Assembly (NCBI GenBank): GCA_030832185.1
Contig: JAURJQ010000011.1
Coordinates: forward strand, 16,339 to 80,338
Direction: 5' to 3'
Origin: Chitinophagales bacterium
Lineage (GTDB): Bacteria > Bacteroidota > Bacteroidia > Chitinophagales > JADJOU01
Length of the DNA stretch: 64,000 nt
A program made the position numbers and the translations under genes. The first letter of the stretch is position 1. Every line of letters begins with the position of its first letter. The notes below the pieces were generated by a model, which was given only the letters and a program-made list of their open reading frames with translations, searched no databases and was not told the origin of the DNA. This document shows positions 26,985-37,257 of the stretch, piece after piece.

Positions 26985-28835
26985 TTATTCGTCTATTTGA
27001 AAATTGATGAGGTGTCTATTTTTAATACTACTATACTTATTCAAGCTAGCAGGAGGTAAACTGTCTTTAAGGTAACGCTCTGCCATGAGAGATACGATAG
27101 GAGCCGCCAAGCCACCGCCACCACCTCCGTTTTCGACGATACATGCTATGACTATTTTAGGATTTACCTTAGGCGCAAATCCTACAAAAATAGAGTGGTC
27201 TTCACCATGGGGATTTTGTGCCGTTCCTGTCTTACCGCAAAGCGCTATCCCCTCAATTTTAGATGCACGCGCAGTACCTGCTTGAACTACCATTTCTAGT
27301 CCATCTGTTACCCTATCAAAATATAATTTATCTATCGGTACATTAACTTTGATTTTTTTAGCGGTATTCGGTTTAAATTTCCCGTTGGCCTCAATGCCTT
27401 TGATAACATGTGGAGTTATGTAATATCCTTTGTTGGCTATAACACAATAGGAGTTAGCCATTTGCAATGGTGTAGCAAGTATTTCTCCCTGGCCTATTCC
27501 TAGTGATATCACAGTGGTAGCGCGCCATTGGTTTTTGTAAATCCTATTGTAATAAGCAGTATCGGGCACATTGCCTCGTTTTTCATTTTTAAGATCTATT
27601 CCTAACTTTCTTCTATATCCAAAACGACAAATATTCTTATACCAACGATCATAATCTTTTTGAAACCTTTTAGAATTACTCACTTCAATTGATCCTCTAA
27701 ACACCTGACAAAAATAAGGGTTGCATGACTGAGTCAATCCTTCTTCAATATTTCTGCAAGGTGCATGCCTATGAGAGCATTTGAGGCTCTTTTTACCTAT
27801 AGGGTAATATCCAGGACAATAATAAGCAAAATTCGGATTTATAGCGCCCATTTGCAATGCTACTAATGCTGAAGGGGCTTTAAATGTAGATCCTGGAGGA
27901 TATAGACCTTGAATAGCCCTATTGTATAGTGGTTTGTTTTTGTTTAGTAATAGTTTGGGGTAATATTTATTCCTACTGCCGCCTGTGAGTAGATTCGGAT
28001 CATAGGTTGGCCCATTGCAAAGTGCTAAAATCTCTCCAGAAGAAGGTTCTATGGCTATTATACTCCCACGTTTATTTGTAAGTAGTTCTTCTCCTAAAGT
28101 TTGAAGATCTATATCTATAGAAGCTTGCAGATTCTTGCCAGCGGTAGGCTCTTTGTCGCTTTCGCCATTGGCGTAGCTTCCTTTGACTCTATTTAGTGCA
28201 TCTACTACCACTGTTCTTATACCACGTTGACCTCTTAGAAGGTCTTCATAATAGACTTCTATCCCGTTTTTACCTATATAGTCTCCGCTTAGGTATGTAT
28301 AAGTGTCTGCATATTCTTTGATTTGGGAGGAATCAATCTCTCCTACGTCTCCGAAGAGAAGGGCTCCATTGGCATATGGATATTCTCTAACAAACCGAGT
28401 CTGTCCAAAGAAACCTTTGTATTTGAATATATGTTCTTGAAAACGCTGATAATTGGAATCGTCCACGTATTTAAGAAAAACATAAGGTCTGTAACGAGAA
28501 GCCTTTCTTGCTTTTTTCATGGATTCAAGGAAATAGTCTGGGGTAATTGAAAGGTCCTTGCATAGTTGGTTAGTATCAAGATTAGCATCGACCTCTGCAT
28601 TGGTGACCATGATTTCAAATTGATTTGTATTATGAACGATCAATTTATTGTTTCGATCATATATTAACCCTCGCGATGGATACTCTATAAGTTCTTTTAT
28701 AGCATTATCTTTTGCTTTGATTTTATACTTTGTATCTATCAGTTGTATATAGAAAAGATTTATAAGAAAGAGAAATGCAAAGAAAATCGTCACTCCTTGA
28801 ATCATTTTAATTCGTTGAGGGAAAATATCTTGCAT
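26985..28835 (-). CDS. mrdA: Penicillin-binding protein 2 (elongasome transpeptidase)
   Basis: N-terminal anchor, SxxK motif PGSTFK, KTGTA motif (CGKTGTAQ), and adjacency to rodA. Confidence 0.9.
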   Translation of the reverse strand: MQDIFPQRIKMIQGVTIFFAFLFLINLFYIQLIDTKYKIKAKDNAIKELIEYPSRGLIYDRNNKLIVHNTNQFEIMVTNAEVDANLDTNQLCKDLSITPDYFLESMKKARKASRYRPYVFLKYVDDSNYQRFQEHIFKYKGFFGQTRFVREYPYANGALLFGDVGEIDSSQIKEYADTYTYLSGDYIGKNGIEVYYEDLLRGQRGIRTVVVDALNRVKGSYANGESDKEPTAGKNLQASIDIDLQTLGEELLTNKRGSIIAIEPSSGEILALCNGPTYDPNLLTGGSRNKYYPKLLLNKNKPLYNRAIQGLYPPGSTFKAPSALVALQMGAINPNFAYYCPGYYPIGKKSLKCSHRHAPCRNIEEGLTQSCNPYFCQVFRGSIEVSNSKRFQKDYDRWYKNICRFGYRRKLGIDLKNEKRGNVPDTAYYNRIYKNQWRATTVISLGIGQGEILATPLQMANSYCVIANKGYYITPHVIKGIEANGKFKPNTAKKIKVNVPIDKLYFDRVTDGLEMVVQAGTARASKIEGIALCGKTGTAQNPHGEDHSIFVGFAPKVNPKIVIACIVENGGGGGGLAAPIVSLMAERYLKDSLPPASLNKYSSIKNRHLINFQIDE

Positions 28836-28916
28836 AAATTCTTAGATAGTAAATTTAAGTGAAAACTAGAATAAATTACAAAAGTAAAAAAACAAAACTG
28901 AATTATTGAAAAGTTT

Positions 28917-28924
28917 TATATTTG
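28917..28924 (+). promoter_or_regulatory. -7 box TATATTTG for tRNA-Cys
   Basis: Sits within gttttatatttgcattcc, 40 nt upstream of the tRNA. The same 18-nt module recurs before tRNA-Gly. Confidence 0.6.
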
Positions 28925-28963
28925 CATTCCTGTTTTTATATGGAAGTGTTCTTTGTAGGTAAT

Positions 28964-29034
28964 GGTCGGGTGGCCGAGCGGCTAGGCAGAGGTCTGCAAA
29001 ACCTCGTACAGCGGTTCGAATCCGCTCTCGACCT
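28964..29034 (+). tRNA. tRNA-Cys (GCA)
   Basis: Manual cloverleaf: acceptor GGTCGGG/CTCGACC, anticodon stem GAGGT/ACCTC with loop CTGCAAA, T arm AGCGG-TTCGAAT-CCGCT. No encoded CCA. Confidence 0.9.
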
Positions 29035-29071
29035 CATTTGATTTTATGTAATGCAAATTGAAAAAAACTTT

Positions 29072-29079
29072 TATATTTG
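29072..29079 (+). promoter_or_regulatory. -7 box TATATTTG for tRNA-Gly/tRNA-Leu
   Basis: Sits within cttttatatttgcattcc, 32 nt upstream of tRNA-Gly. Confidence 0.6.
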
Positions 29080-29110
29080 CATTCCATTTTTTATCATTCT
29101 ATGATAAAAT

Positions 29111-29183
29111 GCGAAAGTAGCTCAGTTGGTAGAGCACAACCTTGCCAAGGTTGGGGTCGCGAGTTCGAGTCTCGTCTTTCGCT
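29111..29183 (+). tRNA. tRNA-Gly (GCC)
   Basis: Acceptor GCGAAAG/CTTTCGC, D arm GCTCAGTTGGTAGAGC, anticodon loop TTGCCAA, T arm GCGAG-TTCGAGT-CTCGT. Confidence 0.9.
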
Positions 29184-29205
29184 CTCTTTCCAATTGTTAG
29201 GAAAT

Positions 29206-29291
29206 ACCTTGGTGGTGGAATTGGTAGACACGCAGGACTTAAAATCCTGTGGGCAGTAATGTCCGTGCGGGTTCAAGTCCCGCCCGAGGTA
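29206..29291 (+). tRNA. tRNA-Leu (UAA), long variable arm
   Basis: Aligns position by position with the class II tRNA-Leu architecture (..TGGTGGAATTGGTAGACAC.., anticodon loop CTTAAAA, T arm GCGGG-TTCAAGT-CCCGC). The acceptor ACCTTGG/CCGAGGT gives an A1:U72 first pair. Confidence 0.85.
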
Positions 29292-29299
29292 CTTGTGAA

Positions 29300-29332
29300 A
29301 GGCACAAAACAACAGGTTTGGTGCCTTTTTTT
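29300..29332 (+). terminator. Intrinsic terminator after the tRNA cluster (abuts the relA stop)
   Basis: Stem GGCACAAAAC / GTTTGGTGCC has one mismatch, loop AACAG, then T7. The T-run overlaps the stop of the convergent relA/spoT gene. Confidence 0.75.
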
Positions 29333-31574
29333 ATTCTTCGATTCGTTTGATATCTATGACTCCGTCTAATTTTTTAATATTATTAATGAGTGTTTCTAGT
29401 TGTTCTATATCATTGACGTAAAGCTTGACTATACCTTCAAAGATGCCCTCTTCACTTTCTATTGATATGGAGCGGATATTGACATTATAATCTTCTGAAA
29501 TGATTTTCGTCAATTTATTGATCAAGCCTAGTCCGTCTATACCGCTTATCTTAAATCCTGTGAGGAAGGCTATTTCTTTGGATTGACTCCATTTGGTTCT
29601 TACTATACGGTAATTATATTTACTCATTAGTTGCACTGCATTAGGGCAGTTGATTCTGTGTATTTTTACACCATCATTGATAGTGATGAATCCAAAAACA
29701 TCGTCACCTGGGATAGGATTGCAGCAGGATGCATAACTATATTTTATTTTCGAGCTATCCTCTCCCATGATTAGGAGGTCAGCATTGTGCTTAAGCGTTT
29801 CTTTTACTTTTTGAATGACATCTTGGTCTGAGATCTTGCTTTCTGACTCCTTAGTTTTTTTGGGTTTATCTAGTTTGATTTGACCTGCTATTATCTTAAA
29901 TTTTTTGAGATCTTGCAGATTTATATTTTCATTTTTAACATCACATAGAAAACTAAGATGATTGGTCTTTTTATAATGGTTAATTAAGATTTGCAGATTT
30001 TCTTGGTTGTAATCTGCATTAATTGCAGAGAGTTTCCTTAATAAAATTTCCTTTCCTAAGGCTGCTTCCGCTCGAATTTCAGATTTTAGAGAGTTTTTAA
30101 TAGCGGCTTTAGCTTTCGAGGTATTAGCTATATTGAGCCAGTCATCATTTGGTCTCTGCTTGGCACTAGTCAGAATTTCTATCTGCGTTCCATTTTCTAT
30201 TTTATGAGATATAGGAACTAGTTTATGATTTACTTTAGCTCCAATGCACTTTCTACCGAGTCCAGAGTGAATCTCAAAGGCAAAATCAAGAATGGTACTA
30301 CCATTGGGCATCATTTTTAATTCTCCTTTAGGAGTAAAAACATAAATTTCTTCGTTATAAAGGTCTAATTTGAAATCATCAACCAGATCTAGCGCGCTAT
30401 CGGTAGACTGTTTTAATTTTTCAGCTATTCTTTTCAACCATTCATCTACTGGATTTTTCTCAATTCCCATTTTACCTTCTTTATAAAAAAGATGCGCTGC
30501 TATGCCCCGTTCGGCTACTTCATCCATTCTAGCAGTACGAATTTGTACTTCGATGAATTTACCGCCAGGACCCATTACGGTAGTATGCAGAGCTTCATAA
30601 CCATTTGATTTGGGTTTAGATATCCAATCTCTGAGTCGCTCTGAGGATGGAATGTAATTTTCTGTGATAATAGAATAAACATTCCAACATTCTTGCTTTT
30701 CTTTCTCTACCGGAACATCCAGAATAATACGAATAGCCAATAAATCAAATACTTCTTCAAAGGGAACTCCTTTTTTATGAATCTTATTCCAAATAGAATA
30801 TATAGATTTAGGTCGACCGTATATTTTAAATTTGTACCCAAGTTGACTTAATTGTTCTTCGATGGGTTGAATAAATTCATGGATCTGCTTAGTGCGTTGT
30901 CGTTTAGTTTCTTTTAATTTTAAGGCTATATCTCTATACTCTTTGGGCTCAAGGTATTTTAATGATAAATCTTCTAGTTCTGATTTTATAGCATGGAGGC
31001 CTATACGATTGGCTAAGGGTGCATAAAGAAATAGAGTCTCGGAAGCTATTTTCTTTTGCTTATCCGGCGACATTGCATCCATAGTGCGCATATTGTGCAG
31101 TCTATCAGCTATTTTTATGAGTATGACTCTTACATCTTCGGCTAGGGTAACTATTAGCTTTTTATAGTTCTCTATTTGCATAGAAGAACTTGTGTCTATA
31201 ATATTGGAAATCTTAGTAAGTCCTTCAACGATTTTAGCGACTTCAGTTCCTAGAGAAATTTGAATTTCTTCTATAGTCAAATCTGTATCTTCTACGGTAT
31301 CGTGCAGCAGTGCGCAGATAGCCGAGGTAACGCCTAACCCAATTTCTTCTGTTACTATGTTTGCTACCGCTATCGGATGAAATATATATAACTCGCCTGA
31401 CTTTCGTCGTGTCTTACTATGCGCATCCACAGCCAGATCAAATGCATGACGCAGACTTTTTTTAGAACTGGGATTGAGTCGATTTTTTAATATTCTGAGC
31501 AAACGTCTATATTCTTTGGAGATGAGTTTTTTCTCATTTTCAATGTCATAAAGCTCAAAATTTATGCGTTCCAT
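29331..31574 (-). CDS. relA: Bifunctional (p)ppGpp synthetase/hydrolase (RelA/SpoT homologue)
   Basis: HD domain (HPIAVA...LLHDTVEDT), synthetase block (YEALHTTV), and TGS and ACT-like C-terminal regions. 747 aa. Confidence 0.9.
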   Translation of the reverse strand: MERINFELYDIENEKKLISKEYRRLLRILKNRLNPSSKKSLRHAFDLAVDAHSKTRRKSGELYIFHPIAVANIVTEEIGLGVTSAICALLHDTVEDTDLTIEEIQISLGTEVAKIVEGLTKISNIIDTSSSMQIENYKKLIVTLAEDVRVILIKIADRLHNMRTMDAMSPDKQKKIASETLFLYAPLANRIGLHAIKSELEDLSLKYLEPKEYRDIALKLKETKRQRTKQIHEFIQPIEEQLSQLGYKFKIYGRPKSIYSIWNKIHKKGVPFEEVFDLLAIRIILDVPVEKEKQECWNVYSIITENYIPSSERLRDWISKPKSNGYEALHTTVMGPGGKFIEVQIRTARMDEVAERGIAAHLFYKEGKMGIEKNPVDEWLKRIAEKLKQSTDSALDLVDDFKLDLYNEEIYVFTPKGELKMMPNGSTILDFAFEIHSGLGRKCIGAKVNHKLVPISHKIENGTQIEILTSAKQRPNDDWLNIANTSKAKAAIKNSLKSEIRAEAALGKEILLRKLSAINADYNQENLQILINHYKKTNHLSFLCDVKNENINLQDLKKFKIIAGQIKLDKPKKTKESESKISDQDVIQKVKETLKHNADLLIMGEDSSKIKYSYASCCNPIPGDDVFGFITINDGVKIHRINCPNAVQLMSKYNYRIVRTKWSQSKEIAFLTGFKISGIDGLGLINKLTKIISEDYNVNIRSISIESEEGIFEGIVKLYVNDIEQLETLINNIKKLDGVIDIKRIEE

Positions 31575-31598
31575 AGGAGTGAAGACTATTGATTCTTT

Positions 31599-32771
31599 CT
31601 AATGGGTGACGCCGCTTCCAACCAACTCACCGCCATCATACCATGCTGCGAATTGACCACTAGCTATGCTATGCATCCATTCTTCAAATATAATGTAAAG
31701 TCCAGAATCCCTTCTAAATAATTTCGCTTTGCATAGTTCTTGTCGATATCGAATCCTGAGCAGATAGGTTTTATCTTCACCAATGGCTAGTTCTAAATCT
31801 TCTCTTATCCAATGTATTTCTTCATTTGCTATCCATAGCCCCTTTCTTTTTAGACCTGGGTGATCGTCTCCTTTACCTACGTAAATTATATTTTGTGTTG
31901 AATCTTTATCAATTATAAACAAAGGTAACTCGGCACCCCCAATACCCAGTCCTTTTCTCTGGCCGATGGTATAAAACTGGACACCTTGGTGCTGTCCAAT
32001 TATCTTTCCAAAACTTGATTTAAGCTGATAGCCATTGCAGAGGGTATCTAGTTCCGCATTTACATAATGAAAACAATGATGCTGGGGATCAATTTCTATG
32101 ATATTACCAGAATTAGGCTTGAGCTGCTCTTGCAGAAAGACAGGGAGCTTCACCTTACCAATAAAACATAATCCCTGTGAATCTTTTTTTTCAGCTGTGA
32201 TTAAATCATATTTTTTAGCTATCTCTCTCACTTCATATTTCTGTAAGTGGCCTATTGGAAAAAGAGCTTTGGACAATTGGTATTGATTCACTTGACATAG
32301 AAAATAACTTTGGTCTTTATTTCTATCAGCACCAGTCAGTAGTCTCTGAATAGTTTTTTGATCTTTCTCTATCGTTTCTTTTCTGCAATAGTGGCCAGTA
32401 GCTACATATTGTGCGCCTAGTTTTATTGCAGCATCAAGAAAAACATCAAATTTTATTTCTCGATTACATAATACATCTGGATTTGGGGTTCGCCCGCGCG
32501 CATACTCTTCATGCATATAGTCTACAATTCGGGTTTTGTAGATATCAGATAAATCAAGTACCTGAAATGGAATACCTAGTTTATTGGCTACTAATAAAGC
32601 ATCATTACTATCGTCAATCCACGGGCATTCATTATTTATAACCACAGAGCTATCATTCCAATTTCGCATAAATACAGCGATGACTTCATAGCCCTGCTCT
32701 ATGAGCAAAGCTGCAGCTACACTGCTATCTACGCCTCCTGAAAGTCCTACTACTACTCGTCCTTTTGACAT
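31599..32771 (-). CDS. mnmA: tRNA 2-thiouridine(34) synthase
   Basis: [17 protein letters not shown]-loop and the [12 protein letters not shown] motif. Confidence 0.9.
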   Translation of the reverse strand: MSKGRVVVGLSGGVDSSVAAALLIEQGYEVIAVFMRNWNDSSVVINNECPWIDDSNDALLVANKLGIPFQVLDLSDIYKTRIVDYMHEEYARGRTPNPDVLCNREIKFDVFLDAAIKLGAQYVATGHYCRKETIEKDQKTIQRLLTGADRNKDQSYFLCQVNQYQLSKALFPIGHLQKYEVREIAKKYDLITAEKKDSQGLCFIGKVKLPVFLQEQLKPNSGNIIEIDPQHHCFHYVNAELDTLCNGYQLKSSFGKIIGQHQGVQFYTIGQRKGLGIGGAELPLFIIDKDSTQNIIYVGKGDDHPGLKRKGLWIANEEIHWIREDLELAIGEDKTYLLRIRYRQELCKAKLFRRDSGLYIIFEEWMHSIASGQFAAWYDGGELVGSGVTH

Positions 32772-34090
32772 TAGTTTTCTGCTTTGAAAGTATGATTGTA
32801 TTTATCTAGCACAAAAAGTAAGGCTAACATATATGTACTCAGACTTGGAATTTTATATCGGTCTAGCGCACCAAAATTATAACTAGTAAATCCTACTACC
32901 ATGCCATAAAATAGACTGAATCCCATAAGTGCAATCGCTTGAGGGGATTTAAAAAATGAAATGAAAAAATAAATGACGCGCATTTTTAAAATAAGATAGA
33001 TCGTTGTTAAAAGAAAAAACAAACTTTGTAAGGCGCTTAATAGAATAATTGGTTTATTAGCTTCCCATAAGAATGGTCGAAAGAATGTAACGGCAAGTGA
33101 AGCTGGAATTTTACTTACGAGCGCACCAGCAGTATAATCAATGTCGCCTAAGGAATAGGCGCTACCCTGGAGTGCAGCATGCCAGCTTTGAAAGCCCTTT
33201 GATTTATCCACTAATTTTTCAAAAGAAAGTTCTTGAAATGTTTGACCTATAGTTTTAAGCATCATAAATCCTGAAAGGCATATTAAACAAATAAAAATAG
33301 GTCTTAATAAAAATTTAACTGTAAATGAAGGAATTGCATAAAATTTTATACTGAGAACCCAAATAATTAAAAATGGAAGTGACGCCATTAAGAAAAAGCT
33401 ACGTATAGAATATAGAAGATAAACTCCAATAATTATGTAGAGTATGTTGTATAGTTTGACTTTATTGTATCCAAAAAACTGCACAAATCCAATTATTAAT
33501 AAATATAATCCAGCTAAAGTGAAGGTGTCTTTGAATAAGCCTGAACCCCAGAAAATAACTGATGGCATTAAGAATATTGCATAGCCTACATGGGTGCGAT
33601 TGAGCGCTGTGTGATTCAATATAAATCTGTATAATTTCCATGAACTAAAAAAAGAAAAATAGCTGCATAGAATTGAAGTTAAATAGAACGAGTTTAATGT
33701 GATAAAATTAAATAATAAAGCTATCTTCGTTATCGTATAGGTGGGTTTTGAATACCAATAATTGACTCTTTTTCCGAATTGAATAAATGCGATATCCTGA
33801 TAATTTTTTAAATCAGAACTAAACAATACTTCTGGAATCTGACCTATATTTTCGCTTACATATTCTAGAAGATACTTGCCAGAATCAAAATAATCGGTTG
33901 TATCCCCACCACCATAATAAAGATGATAAATTAATACGGCTGATGTTGCACCAATTATCTTGAGTGAAAATCCAAGAAAGAATACATATTTATCTTCTAA
34001 ATGTTCAATATAGTAGGTTCTATAGTACAAAACAAAAATCAAAGGAATTCCTATATATAGAAGACCTAAGATGAAATGGATAACTATCAA
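32771..34090 (-). CDS. Polytopic membrane protein of unknown function
   Basis: The 439 aa sequence is almost entirely hydrophobic helices, and its stop overlaps the mnmA start by 1 nt. I recognise no motif. It could be polymerase- or glycosyltransferase-like, but that is a guess. Confidence 0.5.
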   Translation of the reverse strand: MIVIHFILGLLYIGIPLIFVLYYRTYYIEHLEDKYVFFLGFSLKIIGATSAVLIYHLYYGGGDTTDYFDSGKYLLEYVSENIGQIPEVLFSSDLKNYQDIAFIQFGKRVNYWYSKPTYTITKIALLFNFITLNSFYLTSILCSYFSFFSSWKLYRFILNHTALNRTHVGYAIFLMPSVIFWGSGLFKDTFTLAGLYLLIIGFVQFFGYNKVKLYNILYIIIGVYLLYSIRSFFLMASLPFLIIWVLSIKFYAIPSFTVKFLLRPIFICLICLSGFMMLKTIGQTFQELSFEKLVDKSKGFQSWHAALQGSAYSLGDIDYTAGALVSKIPASLAVTFFRPFLWEANKPIILLSALQSLFFLLTTIYLILKMRVIYFFISFFKSPQAIALMGFSLFYGMVVGFTSYNFGALDRYKIPSLSTYMLALLFVLDKYNHTFKAEN

Positions 34091-34106
34091 AATAAAAACG
34101 TTTAAT

Positions 34107-35342
34107 CTAAACTCTAAGAATAGGGAATGTCATACAATGGGGTCCACCTCTGGCTCTTGATAGTTCCGTTGAAGGAATAGTTATAATTGTTTTTTCATAC
34201 TTGTCAGGATTAAAATCTCCAAAATTCCATTGCTTGGCAATATCTCTGCCGCTGACTATTTCATAACCTAATTCATACAGAGCTTCAGCAGTTTTTACAT
34301 TTCTATCATAGGCTATAGCAACTCCATCTCTTATTGCTACTAGGTTACAGCCATCTGTCCACTGCTCTCTCTCATCGTACGGATACTTCCCATTCCCGCA
34401 TAGAATAAACTTCATATTCGGATTGGCAGATAGAAAGAAGGATTCTAAAGTAGAAAACTCCTTACTACTTCCATCTTTATTAAATTGTGTGACCTTGATA
34501 AGATTGGACTTTAATGTATTTTCATAGATGACAAATTCCTCCTTACTGATTTGGGTGAATAAGGTGTCGATATGCATACACGCTCTATCTTTTGGGATAA
34601 CTATTCGCACTACATTATCTATAACACCTTGATCGAATAATTTTTTCTTTAGATATTCAATAGCTTCTGGAGTAGTGCGTTCGCTACAACCCACTAATAG
34701 ATAATTGCCTTGAAACACCATAACATCCCCCCCTTCGATAGTGCAGTCTTCGCCAGCTTCTGTCATATCAATGATTTTTTCATCATTATTTTCTTGACAG
34801 GATTTAAATAATGGATGGAAATAACAAATCACACGAGTTAAGACACCTTCTCTATTTCTTGCTTTTTTCGATGGATTGCAGATGAGTAAATGATCCTTTA
34901 TCATGACTGCTATATCTCTGGTAAAGACATAGTTTGGTAATGGTGTTAATAAGGATTCATCAGTTTCTTCTAATAAGCCAGTAAACAAGGTATAGACCAA
35001 ATCTTTATTGGATAACGACTTTATTTTTTCTTTGACGATTTCAGATAAGCGCTCTTGAGCAAATAAATAGTTGAAAAATTTCTCACGGTTCTTTTCATCA
35101 ATCGTTTCAAATACCTCCAATAAAAGATCTTCAGTATCTAAAACATTTTCTTCCCCTACAAAGGCTGAAAGAATATCAATAAATTTCTGATGTTCTTCGC
35201 GCATGGTTTGCAAATGTACAATATCATCGTATAGATATTCTAGCGCATTACTGGGAGTGACCACCTCTATACCATCATCTGGATAGTGAACGATGACTTT
35301 CTTCAGTGCATCTATCTCGCTCTTACAAAATACTGTATTCAT
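34107..35342 (-). CDS. Arginine deiminase-family (guanidino-group modifying enzyme) protein
   Basis: C-terminal SRARGGPHCMTFPILR carries the catalytic Cys. 411 aa, with a GME-fold length and pattern. Confidence 0.7.
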   Translation of the reverse strand: MNTVFCKSEIDALKKVIVHYPDDGIEVVTPSNALEYLYDDIVHLQTMREEHQKFIDILSAFVGEENVLDTEDLLLEVFETIDEKNREKFFNYLFAQERLSEIVKEKIKSLSNKDLVYTLFTGLLEETDESLLTPLPNYVFTRDIAVMIKDHLLICNPSKKARNREGVLTRVICYFHPLFKSCQENNDEKIIDMTEAGEDCTIEGGDVMVFQGNYLLVGCSERTTPEAIEYLKKKLFDQGVIDNVVRIVIPKDRACMHIDTLFTQISKEEFVIYENTLKSNLIKVTQFNKDGSSKEFSTLESFFLSANPNMKFILCGNGKYPYDEREQWTDGCNLVAIRDGVAIAYDRNVKTAEALYELGYEIVSGRDIAKQWNFGDFNPDKYEKTIITIPSTELSRARGGPHCMTFPILRV

Positions 35343-36274
35343 ATAGTTTGTTTTTTATCTAGAAATATTTCTGCCATCATACATCGAGCACTACCTCCAC
35401 CTATTTTCTCTATGACGTCTATTGACACTGGCAAAATACCAGCATATTTTTCTATTTGAATTTTTTGTATTTCTGTCAGTGATCGAAATGCTCGTTGACT
35501 CATAACTAAAAATAATTCTCCAGCCATGTTTTCTACTTGTAGCATATTGCCTGCAAAATGCTTCAAAAGTTGCTCATTGGTGAGATAAATAATCTCTAGT
35601 TGCGAAGCCTTAAATTTAGCTTCGAGCTTTTCTCTTTCTTCTTGGTCTGTTATGGTATCCATTCCTATCACTACAAATCCACTCCCTATGCACATGACCA
35701 CATTCGTGTGATATACTAGGGTTCCTTGGGTATCATAAGAGTGGAAGCTGACCGCCTCATACCCTATCTGATTGCAATAATCTGTAAATAAATCGAGTTC
35801 TGTGCGCGGAGATAGACAGGCATATGCTATTTTATGAATGTGGTCATAGACTATACTTCCTGTGCCTTCTAGTGCCTTATTCATGACCTCGTAATGACTC
35901 AGGTCCATTTCTTTTTGAACTTGATATTTATCCCGAATAAGCTCTATAATGTCCTTGCGCTTTTCTAATTGCCTATTTTTAGTTTTCATAGGAAAAATAG
36001 TCATAGTACCATCTTGTCCCATGCTGATCCAATTATTGGGAAATATAGCATCTGGTTTTTCAGGACTGATTGTGTCATGGACGACTAACACATTTATTTT
36101 ATGGCTAGTAAGCTCTGTGACCATAGTGTCAAACTCTGTTTGAGCAATACGCAGTATTTCTTCACGACTAAGGTCTTCGATATTATTCTGAAATTCATTC
36201 GACTGCGCTGTCTCATGGTTAAACTGAAATGATGCTGGGCGCACCATCATGATATTGGTTGCTGATTGTCTCAT
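35339..36274 (-). CDS. Amidinotransferase-fold hydrolase, CtlX/DDAH-like
   Basis: NIMMVRPASFQFN start and a C-terminal GGGSARCMMAEIF catalytic-Cys block. It overlaps the downstream arginine deiminase-family gene by 4 nt. Confidence 0.6.
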   Translation of the reverse strand: MRQSATNIMMVRPASFQFNHETAQSNEFQNNIEDLSREEILRIAQTEFDTMVTELTSHKINVLVVHDTISPEKPDAIFPNNWISMGQDGTMTIFPMKTKNRQLEKRKDIIELIRDKYQVQKEMDLSHYEVMNKALEGTGSIVYDHIHKIAYACLSPRTELDLFTDYCNQIGYEAVSFHSYDTQGTLVYHTNVVMCIGSGFVVIGMDTITDQEEREKLEAKFKASQLEIIYLTNEQLLKHFAGNMLQVENMAGELFLVMSQRAFRSLTEIQKIQIEKYAGILPVSIDVIEKIGGGSARCMMAEIFLDKKQTI

Positions 36275-36282
36275 AAATTTTA

Positions 36283-37065
36283 CTACATTCCTGTGATCGA
36301 AACCCCAATGGAATATTGTCTTAAATCTAAATTATTATAATTTCTATTTTCCTTGATCATTTGGTTTAGTCCATAATAGCCAAAGAGATTGATAGCCCCA
36401 TATCCAATTCTAAAAGTAGCTCCATATCTAAAGGAAGCGAGCTCGTCAAAAGCACCTCCTTTGTGAGTTTGTTCTCTTTGGAATCCTTTATCATAGTAGT
36501 TTATCTTCGAATTCGTAGTCAGATTAATTCCTGCACGCATACCTGCAGCTACTTTGATTCGACTTCTACCGTTGACTGGTTTCGAAATATATCTCAGCTC
36601 GAATGGCACTTCTAACCAGGAAGAATAAAAACTAGCACTTTCAAAACTTGTACTGGCTGTATTGCCATATACTGGATGCTGAGATCCAGGTATAAATGAA
36701 GTCCCGTTGGGATTTTGTACTAAAACAGCTCCATCGAGATTCACTTTACTAAAAGTAAATCCTGCTCCGGGGGCTACACTTAGTCCAGTTTTTCCTAACG
36801 GCAAATCGTATAAGAAGTAAAATCCTAGATTCGGATTAAATACATTGGACTTAAAGAAGGAATCAGAACTACCATTGATGACATTGTCTATGGTGAAGTT
36901 AAACATAAAATGATCATGACCGTCTTCAGAAAGTTTTACCTTTTTGGATTCTGAAGATTTAGCGATAGGAGCTTCGGCTGTGGTTGGAGATGCAGTAGGT
37001 GTATTTTGTGCAAAGGCATGTAACCCTAGAGATAAAAATCCTAATACAAGACTAATTTTAAGCAT
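36283..37065 (-). CDS. Outer-membrane beta-barrel protein (PorT/OMP_b-brl_2-like)
   Basis: Signal peptide MLKISLVLGFLSLGLHAFAQ, alternating beta-strand pattern, and a C-terminal ...YSIGVSITGM. Confidence 0.6.
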   Translation of the reverse strand: MLKISLVLGFLSLGLHAFAQNTPTASPTTAEAPIAKSSESKKVKLSEDGHDHFMFNFTIDNVINGSSDSFFKSNVFNPNLGFYFLYDLPLGKTGLSVAPGAGFTFSKVNLDGAVLVQNPNGTSFIPGSQHPVYGNTASTSFESASFYSSWLEVPFELRYISKPVNGRSRIKVAAGMRAGINLTTNSKINYYDKGFQREQTHKGGAFDELASFRYGATFRIGYGAINLFGYYGLNQMIKENRNYNNLDLRQYSIGVSITGM

Positions 37066-37087
37066 AAATGATATTTATTTTGAAAAG

Positions 37088-37095
37088 CAAATATA
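37088..37095 (-). promoter_or_regulatory. -7 box TATATTTG (minus strand) for the OMP-to-relA gene string
   Basis: The plus strand caaatata is TATATTTG on the minus strand, 23 nt upstream of the ATG at 37065. The six downstream minus-strand genes are tightly packed. Confidence 0.5.
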
Positions 37096-37203
37096 GGCTA
37101 GAAATATTAAACGATTCATTACGAATAGTTAAATGAGCGTATAAAAAAACAATATGTTTAATATCCAATATTCACTTTTAACCTTGTTTTTAAAACTATT
37201 TCC

Positions 37204-37211
37204 TACATTTG
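37204..37211 (+). promoter_or_regulatory. -7 box TACATTTG for the yhhQ-like gene
   Basis: TAnnTTTG match 47 nt upstream of the ATG at 37258. Confidence 0.45.
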
Positions 37212-37257
37212 TTTGGGTTTGATTATTTATGTTCAATTTTTCTAATTCATTTCAGTT

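Noticed and set aside
25726-28835. mrdA-rodA lacking mreB/mreC/mreD immediately upstream
   Set aside because: Gene order of the elongasome varies between lineages, and the mre genes may simply lie elsewhere. This cannot be evaluated from this window.
29077-29369. Three ORFs in the track (29077..29259 +, 29094..29312 -, 29142..29369 +)
   Set aside because: They lie entirely over the tRNA-Gly/tRNA-Leu genes and the terminator. They are GC-rich structured RNA read as protein, so they are spurious.
37066-37257. Search for a preQ1 riboswitch upstream of the yhhQ-like queuosine-precursor transporter
   Set aside because: There is an A-rich run (gcgtataaaaaaacaat) but no preceding short GC hairpin or ACUA-type tail matching preQ1-I/II. 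The run also lies upstream of the predicted -7 box. Only a cmsearch could settle it.
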